A DNA stretch of 63,115 bases, counting the filler, from Thraustochytrium aureum (lineage: Eukaryota): NCBI GenBank assembly GCA_012862495.1. It is 6 parts of 3 records of this genome, joined end to end, with 100 filler letters (N's around TTAATTAATTAA, not from the genome) between each part and the next. Parts side by side here need not be neighbours in the genome. Positions count along the whole stretch, not along the records: positions 21,983 to 50,148 come from BLSG01000146.1; positions 50,249 to 51,935 come from BLSG01000147.1; positions 52,036 to 61,297 come from BLSG01000148.1; 3 more parts are not named here. One strand, given 5' to 3'. The position numbers and the translations under genes are program-made. The notes under the pieces are model-generated. The model made no database searches. It worked only from the letters and a program-made list of their open reading frames with translations, and was not told the DNA's origin. Below, piece after piece: positions 48,527 through 59,266 of this stretch (positions within the stretch are counted from its first letter, which is position 1; every line of letters begins with the position of its first letter).

Positions 48527-50148
48527 ATGCAGTTTCCCACTATCTCGAACGGGACCGTGTCGTTCGGGGACGACACGGAGGGCGGGCTCGCGCCGCTAGG
48601 GGAACATGGAGGCCCTCTCGGCGGGGAGGACGGCAGCAAGGGCAATGCAGGGGCCAAGAAGAAGAAGAAGACGGGGGGGTTTCAGAGCCTCGGGCTGAGC
48701 AAGGACATTTTCGGCGGCATCATGCGGCTTGGGTACAAGGTGCCCACGCCCATCCAGCGCAAGTCTCTGCCGATCTCGCTCAGTGGGCGCGACGTGGTCG
48801 CCATGGCGCGCACGGGGTCCGGCAAGACGGCGGCCTTTTTGATTCCGCTGCTGGAGCGACTCGGGGCGCACTCGTCCACAGTTGGGGCGCGCGGCCTCGT
48901 TCTGAGCCCAACGCGCGAGCTGTGCCAGCAGACGTACAAGTTTGCTGTGCGGATGGCCAAGTTTACCTCGCTGCGCACATGCATGCTTCAGGGCGGTGAC
49001 AAACTAGAGGCCCAGTTCGAGGCACTTGCCAACAACCCGGACATTCTCGTCGCGACACCCGGCCGGCTCGTTCACCTTTTAGCTGAAGTCCCCAACTTTG
49101 GCCTCAAGCGCATCGAGGTCTTTGTGGTCGACGAGGCAGACCGCCTGTTCGAGATGGGCTTTGCCCTCCAGCTCAAGGAGATCCTCGACAAGATGCCCGA
49201 CCAGCGGCAGACGCTACTGTTCAGCGCGACAATGCCCGTGCAGCTCATGGAGTTTGCGCGCGCCGGGCTCGAGGACCCGGAGCTGATTCGCCTGGACGCC
49301 GAGACCAAAGTGAGCGAAAACCTCAAACTGGCCTTCTTCATGGTGAGGAGCAAGGAGAAAATGGCCGCCCTCGTCCACCTCCTGACCGAGGTGATCCCCA
49401 AGGACGACCTCACCATCGTGTTTACCGCGACGCGCCACCACGTCGACATGGTCAAGGAGATGTTGTGGCTCGCTTGCGGGATCGATTGCAGCGTGGCTTA
49501 CGGCAGCATGGACATGCAGGCCCGCAAGGACAACCTGGACCGGTTCCGTGCCGGAAAGTCGCGCGTGCTTCTTGTCACCGACGTGGCGGCTCGCGGGATT
49601 GACATTCCACTTCTCAACAACGTGGTCAACCTCGAGTTTCCTGGCAAGCCAAAGCTCTTCGTGCACCGGGTGGGCCGCGCCGCACGCCAGGGCCGCAGCG
49701 GGACCGCGTACTCGTTTGTCACCCAGGACGAGCTCCCGTACGTTCTCGACCTGCACCTCTTCCTCGGACGGCCGCTTCGCGGCTTTGTCGATCCGGAGGC
49801 TACAGACGCCTCCGCAAGGGACCAGCAGCAAAAGCCGTACACGCTTGCAGACATGACCCCCGACGACGTCGACATTGGTCGGTTTCCGCAACACATCTTG
49901 GACAGCGAGACCGAGCGCGGGGACCGGATTGTTGAGGGGTCGCCTGAGCTTGCCAAGCTTCTCGACGTTGTTGACAACGCCCATTCGCTCTACACGCGCA
50001 CGCGCCAAGAGCCGTCGCGGCGCTCGGTCAAGCGCGCCAAGGAACTGGGCTCGATGCCCGCCATTCACCCGCTCCTGGCGGGCAGCCTGGACGAAAATTA
50101 TGCGACTCTTGACAAGCACCTGGAGGCGCTGCGCAGCTTTCGGCCAAG
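48527..50148 (+). CDS. DDX54: DEAD-box RNA helicase DDX54/Dbp10; 3' end lies in a gap
   Basis: GGFQSLGL..GYKVPTPIQRK, DVVAMARTGSGKTAAF, DEADRLFEMGF, LFSAT, TDVAARGIDIP, HRVGRAAR and LDLHLFLG. Confidence 0.95.
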
Positions 50149-50249
50149 NNNNNNNNNNNNNNNNNNNNNNNNNNNNNNNNNNNNNNNNNNNNTTAATTAA
50201 TTAANNNNNNNNNNNNNNNNNNNNNNNNNNNNNNNNNNNNNNNNNNNNC

Positions 50250-51266
50250 GGATCAAAAGACGTTGCGACGGAGGCGTACGCGGAACAGTCCTCAAACAGG
50301 CCAGCCAGGGACGAGCTTAGGAACGCGAGGCCAAAGAGGATGAAGCAGACCAAGCTAAACCAAGTTCAAAAGCGACGAAAGCCGCTACCCTCCCTGAACG
50401 ACGACCACCATCGCGACGACGCAAGGGGCAGCGAGGACTCGCCCGCTTGCAGAGCCTCGCCCCTGCAACGAGCCAGCAGCCCGCTTGGCAACAGCGAGAG
50501 AGGCGCACGCGGCCGCCGCTCTCAAACCACGCCCCAATTACAGCTGCATCCTAGAAACGTGAAGGATGAGGAGGACGAGGAGGACCTGGACCTGGACCTG
50601 GACGAGAGCAAGAACAACCGCAAAGCTGGGCGCAACGTGGATGAAGCTCGCCCTTCAACCCGCAAACGCATTTCCAACAGCAGGCTGGACACGGCCGAAG
50701 GTAGCGCACCGTCAATGGGGTCCGTCGCTAGCTCGCTCGCAGATGCAGAATCGGGTGAAGAGCAAGGCCTGGACGACAGTGCAGGCGATAACAGCGACGG
50801 GCCATTTGTCCCTCCTCCTGTGGAGGCGTTTGCCTGGGAAAAGGCCGAGGATTTGTATAGCGACATGGTCAAAATGCACGTCCTGGTCAAGGCAAAGTAC
50901 TATGGCCCCGCGAGGGACAAATTCGCCAAGGTCTACGAGACCTGGGAAAGCGCGATGGTGCTGCTCGGGGTCTTTCAAGACCTTGATTCGGCGAAAGCCG
51001 CCAAGCAGCAATGGGAGGATGTCATGCGCGAAGCGGAGGATGAGACGGAGGATGGGCCGGCGGCCCAGCGACCCCCCTGCCGCGTGTTTGTGGATCACGG
51101 TGGGACGAACGTGGAGCTGTTTATTCTGCCGGTGCCCAACTTTTGCACGAGCGCGTTCGACGTGAGGATGCTCTTTGGCTCCGCCGCGCAAAAGTCGTCC
51201 AAGGCTAGCTGCTCCGTCGGGGAGGGGGGCGCGATGTCGCCAGGGGACGGCGACGGGAGCCGATGA
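50250..51266 (+). CDS. Hypothetical protein with a low-complexity N-terminal part and a small globular C-terminal domain; frame is open back to the gap
   Basis: ORF 50340-51266 is in frame with an open upstream segment; no family recognised. Confidence 0.55.
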   Translation, partial: GSKDVATEAYAEQSSNRPARDELRNARPKRMKQTKLNQVQKRRKPLPSLNDDHHRDDARGSEDSPACRASPLQRASSPLGNSERGARGRRSQTTPQLQLHPRNVKDEEDEEDLDLDLDESKNNRKAGRNVDEARPSTRKRISNSRLDTAEGSAPSMGSVASSLADAESGEEQGLDDSAGDNSDGPFVPPPVEAFAWEKAEDLYSDMVKMHVLVKAKYYGPARDKFAKVYETWESAMVLLGVFQDLDSAKAAKQQWEDVMREAEDETEDGPAAQRPPCRVFVDHGGTNVELFILPVPNFCTSAFDVRMLFGSAAQKSSKASCSVGEGGAMSPGDGDGSR

Positions 51267-51520
51267 TGGGCCGCGCCGCGCCGCCACCTGTTCATTATTT
51301 GTGACCTGTACGGAATGGAGGCCTGGTCAAACTGCCCGGGGTTGCGGGCGGGCCGGACTGGGCTAGCTATCTATGTATTTCCTCTGTTGCTGTTATTGAT
51401 ATTGATGAGAAAAGTGGGAGCGAGGTGGCGCTGCGTGCGCCTCGGGGTCGCCCCCCCTCCTCCCTCCGTGGGCGAATTATTGCCAACGGAAGAGTGAACC
51501 GACCCACGGCGCCAAGCCGC

Positions 51521-51935
51521 CTACTCGTACAACTGCTCGAGAGTCTCCTTGTAAAACATGATGATGTTTTGGCGCTTGAGCTTGAGCGCGGCGGTGCACA
51601 AGTCGTTGTGGGGGCCCCACTCCTCCTCGCAGACGTGGATACGTTTGGGGACCTCAAACTTGGCACACCCCTCCTGCTTGAAGATGCGCTCGATGTCGGC
51701 CTGGATCTTGGACTTGTCGACAGGGCCTGCGTTTGCTGGGCGAGTAACCAGGGCCACACAGTACGACTTTTGGCTGTTGGCGTAGACCATCGCGTTGTCG
51801 ACGAGATCGCTGTTCCGAATCAGCGGCTCGAGCTTGCCCAGCGAGATGTACTCGCCGTGCGAGAGCTTGACGAGGTCCTTCTTGCGGTCGATGACTTGGA
51901 GCACGCCGTCGGGGTGCATCTCGCCAATGTCGCCC
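51521..51935 (-). CDS. Long-chain acyl-CoA synthetase (ACSL3/4 or LACS9-like), C-terminal fragment
   Basis: GDIGEMHPDGVLQVIDRKKDLVKLSHGEYISLGKLE and TAALKLKR. Confidence 0.93.
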
Positions 51936-52035
51936 NNNNNNNNNNNNNNNNNNNNNNNNNNNNNNNNNNNNNNNNNNNNTTAATTAATTAANNNNNNNNN
52001 NNNNNNNNNNNNNNNNNNNNNNNNNNNNNNNNNNN

Positions 52036-53983
52036 AAGCATGCGAGGACGGCGGCGTCCATCCTGAACGCGGTGCTGCCCCGCGCCGGGGCCGCCAAGAC
52101 GCGGCAGGAGCGACTCGTGGTCAAGTCGCTGGGCATCGCCTTTTACAACGTCGGCGCCGAGTTGGAGCACATGCGCACGGCGGGGCAATCGCACTTTGAG
52201 GGTCTCTTGAGCAACCAGCACGAGCCGAGCGGGGTCTCGCTTGGCGTGGACGGCGCCAACGACGAGGCCTGGGCGCGGCCGGGGCCCTGGTTCAGGAAAG
52301 CGCTCGCCCTCGCGCGGCGGTTTCCGACGGTGTTCTCCAAGGAGGTGCAGCTCACCTTTGAGGCCACCGCCAAGAGCCACGACCGCGACCGTGCACCGGG
52401 TCAGCAAGCCCTGCCCGAGGCGGCCGAAGAGCCGCGCGAGCGCGACGGCCGCGCCAAGAAGACGACGAAGCGGCTCAAGTCGCGGCGGCGGTCCAGGAGC
52501 GCGCGCGCAGAGGGGTTGCCGGAGGCCGAGAGCGCAGAACCAGAGCGCCAGGCGAGCGCCGACCTGGACCTTGTCCTGGAGCGGGCCGCATACTCGGGGA
52601 CGAGCCTCGCCGAGCTTGCCGAGGAGCTCGGCGTGGGGCATGGCGGCGGCATCGTACCGCGCGCAGCATTCGAGGACTATGTGCAGCAGTACATTGGGCG
52701 CGGCGCGGCGGGTCGGCTGGCCGCGCGCTTTGGCGTGGGCGCAGGCAAACGGGGCGTCAGCGTGGAGGCGTTCGTTCTGGCGTGCAGGGGGCGCGAGGGC
52801 AGCAAGGCGTCGACGGTGGCGATGTTGGAGCGGCTCTTGTTGGGCAACGAGCAAAACGCGGCGCAGCTCTTTGCGACGCTCGACCCGGCGCGCGAGGCCG
52901 CAGAGTTGCGCTTTGGCCAGGTCTCGCAGGCGCTCGAGTGGCTCGGGGTTGAGCTTGGCCCCGAGACGGCGACTCGGCTCCACGACGTGATGAGCAGCGA
53001 GTTTGGGGGCTCTCTGCCGGTCTCTGTGCTGCTGGCCGCCTTGGGGTATCCTGTTGCGAACACCGACTGTGCCGGCTCGCCCGGGGGCGGCAGGCCGCAC
53101 AGTCCGGACGGCGAGGACGGCGGCCAAGGAGAACAAGCAGCGGGGCCGGCCGCGCAGGCGGCGGCGGCGGCGCTCGACTGGGACCGGTTTGATCCTGGGC
53201 TCGTCTGCACCGAGCTCGGGCTNNNNNNNNNNNNNNNNNNNNNNNNNNNNNNNNNNNNNNNNNNNNNNNNNNNNNNNNNNNNNNNNNNNNNNNNNNNNNN
53301 NNNNNNNNNNNNNNNNNNNNNNNNNNNNNNNNNNNNNNNNNNNNNNNNNNNNNNNNNNNNNNNNNNNNNNNNNNNNNNNNNNNNNNNNNNNNNNNNNNNN
53401 NNNNNNNNNNNNNNNNNNNNNNNNNNNNNNNNNNNNNNNNNNNNNNNNNNNNNNNNNNNNNNNNNNNNNNNNNNNNNNNNNNNNNNNNNNNNNNNNNNNN
53501 NNNNNNNNNNNNNNNNNNNNNNNNNNNNNNNNNNNNNNNNNNNNNNNNNNNNNNNNNNNNNNNNNNNNNNNNNNNNNNNNNNNNNNNNNNNNNNNNNNNN
53601 NNNNNNNNNNNNNNNNNNNNNNNNNNNNNNNNNNNNNNNNNNNNNNNNNNNNNNNNNNNNNNNNNNNNNNNNNNNNNNNNNNNNNNNNNNNNNNNNNNNN
53701 NNNNNNNNNNNNNCTCGTCCTGCAGCGCGACCTCGTGGAGCGGCACTGGCGGGCTCAAAAGATGGCCGAGACCATGGCGCGGCACCCGGTGCCGGTCAGC
53801 ATTCCGGGTTGGCGCACCTTTGCGTCCGAGGCAGCGCAAGACGGCACGGTTGTCTCCGACGACGGCCGCTCGCTGCGGTGGCCGCCAATGGTGCGTGGCA
53901 GCGAGCTGAACGCTTTGCTCGAAGGGCCGCGGCGCGCCAAGCCCCCTTCGACAGCGCTTCGCCAGCGCCGCCTTGCTCGGTGA
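52036..53983 (+). CDS. Hypothetical protein with a TPR-like helix and degenerate EF-hand-like segments; fragmented by gaps
   Basis: LGIAFYNVGAELEH (TPR-like) and LFATLDP..LRFGQVSQALEWLG (EF-like). The segment after the gap, LVLQRDLV..LAR*, ends at 53983. Confidence 0.55.
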
Positions 53984-54227
53984 CAGCGCTCGACCCTGCC
54001 CTGCTCACGGAGAGCACATGGTCCAAGCAGCTTCGGGCCCTGCGGGCGGCCGCCACGACCTTGGCGCCGCCTCCATAGCCACCAGCACCCGAGCACAGAC
54101 CAAAGCAGCCCCAACCAGCACCTCGCCCCAGTTCCCTTGGATCCGCCCGCCGAGCGCGCGAGCACGACAAGCAGCATTGCGACATTCAGCAAGCGCGGCA
54201 TCCCATCATCGATTTCCATCCATCCCG

Positions 54228-54344
54228 GCCGAGCGCGCCTCGCGTCGTCCGGGATGGCCGAGCGCGCCTCGCGTCGTCCGTCCGTCCGTCCGTCCATCCA
54301 TCCATCCACCCACCCACCACGCCGAGCGCGCCTCGCGTCGTCCG
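54228..54344. repeat. 24-bp direct repeat GCCGAGCGCGCCTCGCGTCGTCCG x3, interspersed with a (TCCG)/(TCCA)/(CCCA) microsatellite
   Basis: Copies at 54228, 54257 and 54321. Confidence 0.85.
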
Positions 54345-54793
54345 TCGTCCATCGATCGAGTCTGCCATCCACCGCGCCTCCATCAGCGAGCGCCATGTCC
54401 TCCACTCCGCCTCTGCTTCCTGCAGCGAGCAGTTCAGTAATCTCTCATCCCACCCCACTATCCGTCGCGACCTCCGTCTCTACATCCCTGCACAAATTCC
54501 GCCTCCCTTTCCACACCTTCCCGCTTCCCCTTCCCCCGTTTCCCACACTGCAACGCCTTCTCCGCGTTCCCTCCGCGTCCGCCTTCCGCTGCGGCCAAAC
54601 CTGGCTGAATTCCACGACCATGTGGAGGCCACGTCCCGTTCTCCCTATGTAATAAGTAGAGCTTCAGGAGCGAGCCGTGGAAGGGCGCCCTTTTTCGTTG
54701 GGAAAGTGGCGGCGACTGCCAGCTGCGGCTGGCAGTCGCCGAACGCTGAGGTGCGCGCAGGGCGCAGTGGACGTGCGTGCGTGGGCGGGCGCG

Positions 54794-55276
54794 ATGAACA
54801 TGGAGGACCTGGCGGCGCTTGGCAGCGCGGCGATCGGGTGGGCCAAGGGCAACCCCGTGCTGTTCGTGCTGGTGGCCTACGTGCTGCTGCAAATGTGGAA
54901 CAGGGCCAGGCCGTTTCCCGAGGTGGATGGGTCCAAGGTGAGGACGGTCACCTCGATGGAGGCGTTCGGTGGGCTCGTGGAGGAGTGCAAGGCGAAGGGC
55001 AGCGTGCTCGTGGTGGACTATTATGCCACGTGGTGCCCGCCCTGCCGCGCTGCTGCGCCAGTGTACGGCGAGATGTCCAAGGTGTACCAGGAGTCGGACG
55101 TGATATTTGCGAAGGTCAACGTGGACGAGGCGCGCAGCGTGGCGCAGGCGCACGGCATCCAGGCGATGCCGACCTTCAAGGTCTTTGACGGCCAAGGCAA
55201 GGAGCTGTCCTCGCTGCAGGGCTGGAACGAGTCGGGCCTGAGGGAGAGCATCGTCAAGGCGATCAACTCCAAGTAG
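54794..55276 (+). CDS. Thioredoxin (WCPPC) with an N-terminal membrane anchor
   Basis: VVDYYATWCPPC, FAKVNVDE and IQAMPTF; hydrophobic PVLFVLVAYVLLQMW upstream. Confidence 0.92.
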   Translation: MNMEDLAALGSAAIGWAKGNPVLFVLVAYVLLQMWNRARPFPEVDGSKVRTVTSMEAFGGLVEECKAKGSVLVVDYYATWCPPCRAAAPVYGEMSKVYQESDVIFAKVNVDEARSVAQAHGIQAMPTFKVFDGQGKELSSLQGWNESGLRESIVKAINSK

Positions 55277-55547
55277 GGGGCGCGCGCGGAGCTGCCTGCG
55301 GTGATTGCCCCTGCGCGCAGGCCCGCGCGCTGGCCTGTGCTACTGTCGGTAGAGTATGTGCCTGGCCCCTGGGCGTTGTAGTTGGCTCGGGGGAATGAGT
55401 ACTCACACTTGTCTATCTACTTGTTGTTCCTCGCCGTTTGCGGCTTAGTTGCGGCTTTTCGCTTCTTCGCTCTGGAAAGCGGGCCCACCAGGTCGACCAC
55501 ACCAGCCCAATCAATCAAAACCAGTTCTTTCGTTGATTTTCGTGAAA

Positions 55548-55867
55548 TCAAAAGGTTTTCACGTTGACCACGTTCTTGCGAATCCAGATCTGGTCTTCAT
55601 AGTGCTTGACAACCATGTTGGTCGTCTTGGAGCGCGCTTCGACGGTGCTCGACATCTCTTTCAGGCGCGCTTCCTTTTGCAGCTGCGAGATCTGGTGCTG
55701 CGACGTTGCCGCCGAAAGGCTCGCCTGGCTGCTGAACAGCTTCTTCATGTCGCGGACCCGGAACGAGGCCGGCGGTGCGGCCTCGCCGACATCGTCCTGG
55801 CGCTCGCCGCCGGCCTCGATCTGGTCCGCTGGCACCTTTGCGGATTCGTCCACGCCGCCGCCCTCTT
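55548..55867 (-). CDS. C-terminal fragment of an unknown protein
   Basis: Open coding-like frame from the gap, ending KHYEDQIWIRKNVVNVKTF*, convergent on the thioredoxin gene. Confidence 0.5.
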
Positions 55868-57099
55868 NNNNNNNNNNNNNNNNNNNNNNNNNNNNNNNNN
55901 NNNNNNNNNNNNNNNNNNNNNNNNNNNNNNNNNNNNNNNNNNNNNNNNNNNNNNNNNNNNNNNNNNNNNNNNNNNNNNNNNNNNNNNNNNNNNNNNNNNN
56001 NNNNNNNNNNNNNNNNNNNNNNNNNNNNNNNNNNNNNNNNNNNNNNNNNNNNNNNNNNNNNNNNNNNNNNNNNNNNNNNNNNNNNNNNNNNNNNNNNNNN
56101 NNNNNNNNNNNNNNNNNNNNNNNNNNNNNNNNNNNNNNNNNNNNNNNNNNNNNNNNNNNNNNNNNNNNNNNNNNNNNNNNNNNNNNNNNNNNNNNNNNNN
56201 NNNNNNNNNNNNNNNNNNNNNNNNNNNNNNNNNNNNNNNNNNNNNNNNNNNNNNNNNNNNNNNNNNNNNNNNNNNNNNNNNNNNNNNNNNNNNNNNNNNN
56301 NNNNNNNNNNNNNNNNNNNNNNNNNNNNNNNNNNNNNNNNNNNNNNNNNNNNNNNNNNNNNNNNNNNNNNNNNNNNNNNNNNNNNNNNNNNNNNNNNNNN
56401 NNNNNNNNNNNNNNNNNNNNNNNNNNNNNNNNNNNNNNNNNNNNNNNNNNNNNNNNNCCGCCCCGAGTGCCAGGATGGCGCGCTGTTGAACGCGCTGTGA
56501 CCTCCTGGAACGAGGAGAGCGGCAGCGAAAGCGTGGTGGACTTGGCAGAAGGGGCAACATTCTCACGTTCCGTCGACCAGGTGGACCAAGTGGGAATGGC
56601 GGGCTCCTGATGCCGTGGGCGCGCCGCTGGCGAGGTCAACATCGGCAGCAACACCAAACCAACAGAAAGGGCCAGCGATGCTCTCGGCAGCAAGAGCCCA
56701 TGTCGTCCGTGTGTCATCGTCGGTGTCGTGGCCAAGCGGCTCAAGTGCGCGGTGGCGCAGGCAACCAAAGCGAATCGGCAACTCCCCGCCAGACCCGACC
56801 TCGTCGGCGCCACCGGGCCCCTCTCGCCACCTTCAAGACCGCCTGCAAGAGCGAGCCGCGCGGCTCAGCAGCCACCGCCCACGCCATCGTCGCTGCCGCT
56901 TCCAACGCGCGCGCCAACGTCGCCGCATGAACCCGGGCGAGCCCACCAGAGCAGCACCTCCACGCCAGACTGGACCCCGTCAACGTCAACGTCGCCGTCG
57001 CTGCCGCTGCCGCTGCCCACGCGAACGTCGCCATTGCCGACTTGGACNNNNNNNNNNNNNNNNNNNNNNNNNNNNNNNNNNNNNNNNNNNNNNNNNNNN

Positions 57100-57792
57100 C
57101 ATGCGCGCAAGTGCCTCCTCAAAGGGCTCAACCCGCACGGGAACCGCACGATCCCGCCGCTCATGTACGACCGCGTGTACAGGCTCTGCGACGAGTTTCC
57201 TGACAAGCAGTTTACGCTGAACGGCGGGCTGACCACGACGGACGAGGTCCTGGCCGCGCTGGCGGAACAACCCAGCTTGCGCGGCGTCATGGTGGGGCGT
57301 GCCGCGTACCACAACCCGTGCGTGCTGGCGGAGCTGGAGCACGCTGTTCTCGGGTCGGAGCACGGGCTCTCGCTCACACGCCGGCAAGTGGTGGAGGCTT
57401 ATACAGACTACTGCGTGCGCATGGAGGCAGAGGGGCACGCTGTCCTCGAAATGATGCGGCCGCTCGCAAACGTGTTCGTGGGCATCAAGAACGCCAAGCG
57501 GTTCCGGCTCGCGGTCAACCAGTCTGGGCTCGCCAACGTGGACAAGACCAGGGACATCAGGGCGATCGTGGCGGCCGCCATGTCCGAGGTGAGCGACAAG
57601 GACCTGGACCGCCCCATCGTGAGCCAGCTGCAGCGCACAAAGGAGCGCAGCGCTTCAACCGGCAGCGCGTGCAGCGTGACCAGCGCGGCCAGTGCGCTCA
57701 GCGAGCAGAGCGCGGCGAGCTTTGGCGCTTGTGCCACGGCGGGCTGCGATGCCGGCGCGAGCGTCCCTGCAAAAGTTGCAAATGGCCTGTGA
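57100..57792 (+). CDS. dusA: tRNA-dihydrouridine synthase, DusA type, C-terminal part
   Basis: HARK..LKGLNP..NRTIPPL.YDRVY.L..EFP...TLNGG and GVMVGRAAYHNP. Confidence 0.9.
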   Translation, partial: HARKCLLKGLNPHGNRTIPPLMYDRVYRLCDEFPDKQFTLNGGLTTTDEVLAALAEQPSLRGVMVGRAAYHNPCVLAELEHAVLGSEHGLSLTRRQVVEAYTDYCVRMEAEGHAVLEMMRPLANVFVGIKNAKRFRLAVNQSGLANVDKTRDIRAIVAAAMSEVSDKDLDRPIVSQLQRTKERSASTGSACSVTSAASALSEQSAASFGACATAGCDAGASVPAKVANGL

Positions 57793-58552
57793 GGAGGGTG
57801 AGCCTGGGCGAGTACCGCTGGCTTTGGCTGCCTCCTGCGCACGAGAGCAGGCCTTTTCGCCGTTTGTTTTTTGGCGGCGCTCAACGACGAGGCGCCTGGC
57901 TNNNNNNNNNNNNNNNNNNNNNNNNNNNNNNNNNNNNNNNNNNNNNNNNNNNNNNNNNNNNNNNNNNNNNNNNNNNNNNNNNNNNNNNNNNNNNNNNNNN
58001 NNNNNNNNNNNNNNNNNNNNNNNNNNNNNNNNNNNNNNNNNNNNNNNNNNNNNNNNNNNNNNNNNNNNNNNNNNNNNNNNNNNNNNNNNNNNNNNNNNNN
58101 NNNNNNNNNNNNNNNNNNNNNNNNNNNNNNNNNNNNNNNNNNNNNNNNNNNNNNNNNNNNNNNNNNNNNNNNNNNNNNNNNNNNNNNNNNNNNNNNNNNN
58201 NNNNNNNNNNNNNNNNNNNNNNNNNNNNNNNNNNNNNNNNNNNNNNNNNNNNNNNNNNNNNNNNNNNNNNNNNNNNNNNNNNNNNNNNNNNNNNNNNNNN
58301 NNNNNNNNNNNNNNNNNNNNNNNNNNNNNNNNNNNNNNNNNNNNNNNNNNNNNNNNNNNNNNNNNNNNNNNNNNNNNNNNNNNNNNNNNNNNNNNNNNNN
58401 NNNNNNNNNNNNNNNNNNNNNNNNNNNNNNNNNNNNNNNNNNNNNNNNNNNNNNNNNNNNNNNNNNNNNNNNNNNNNNNNNNNNNNNNNNNNNNNNNNNN
58501 NNNNNNNNNNNNNNNNNNNNNNNNNNNNNNNNNNNNNNNNNNNNNNNNNNNC

Positions 58553-59266
58553 TCAGGCCCCAAGCGGCACCGAAGCGGTCCGCGCCGCCGCGTGCGCCTC
58601 GCACAGCGTCGGCGCAGCAGCTAGCGTCTGCCCCACTTTGAGCTTCTTGTAGACGCGCGCGAGGCGGACTTGCACGGTGGCCGGGTCGCTGTACTCGTCC
58701 CGGTCACGCGCCGCAAGGTAAAAGTGCAGCTCGATGCGCGGCACCATTGCCGCAAAGCGCTCGATCCACTCCATGGCAGCGAACGGCCGCGAGTTGAGCA
58801 GGAAGAGCGCGATGCGGCGCGAGAACGAGGCGCGCAGCGTAGTGTCGGCGTCGAGGCGCTGCCAGGTCAGCTGCGACTCTGCGTGCACCGGGACGGGCAT
58901 CGGCTCGAGCTTGGCCGAGCCGAGCGAGGCGAGGACCGGGCGGACCGCCGCGGCGACAAGGTCGCGGTCGCGCCGGAGCTCGGGCGCTGCAAAGCGCAGG
59001 AGGCATCGGTCGTGGGCCACGGCCACGGCCATAAAGCGTCGGTCGGCGCAGTGGCGCTCGACGAGGCGCGCCTTGGCCGCCTCGTCCAAAGTGCAGAGCT
59101 TGTCGGCGAGGCGCATTTCGCTCGCCATAGCCAAGATGCGGAGCGCGACGCCCTTCTCGAGCGTTGGGCGGCGGTCGGCCCGGGCGGCCTTGACAGGGCC
59201 CTGGCCGGCCATATCGTCGGCCGTCGCGAGCGCGGAGCAGGGGCGCGCGCGCTTGAGCCCGGCCAT
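58553..59266 (-). CDS. Small protein with a DUF4116-like repeat and a KIX-like domain
   Basis: DRRFMAVAVAHDRCLLRFAAPELRRDRDLVAAAV (DUF4116-like). WQ..D..LR..RRIALFL..EWIERFAAMVPRIELHFYLAARDRDEYSDPATVQVRL (KIX_2-like). Confidence 0.7.
   Translation of the reverse strand: MAGLKRARPCSALATADDMAGQGPVKAARADRRPTLEKGVALRILAMASEMRLADKLCTLDEAAKARLVERHCADRRFMAVAVAHDRCLLRFAAPELRRDRDLVAAAVRPVLASLGSAKLEPMPVPVHAESQLTWQRLDADTTLRASFSRRIALFLLNSRPFAAMEWIERFAAMVPRIELHFYLAARDRDEYSDPATVQVRLARVYKKLKVGQTLAAAPTLCEAHAAARTASVPLGA

Noticed and set aside
1548..51935. Apparent lipid-metabolism cluster (App1-like phosphatase, FABP-like, HlyIII, acyl-CoA synthetase)
   Set aside because: The genes are spread over 50 kb, interleaved with unrelated housekeeping genes and separated by artificial linkers; no evidence of a functional cluster.
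56458..57047. Pro/Thr/Ser-rich frame joined by the ORF track to DusA
   Set aside because: It does not resemble the DusA N-terminal TIM-barrel sequence and is separated by a gap; coding status is unresolved.
1548..58652. Very long ORFs in the supplied track that run through N gaps (e.g. 41537-44359, 32604-36455, 22984-24777, 56728-57792)
   Set aside because: Ns mask stop codons and join unrelated segments; only the sequenced parts with motif support were called.
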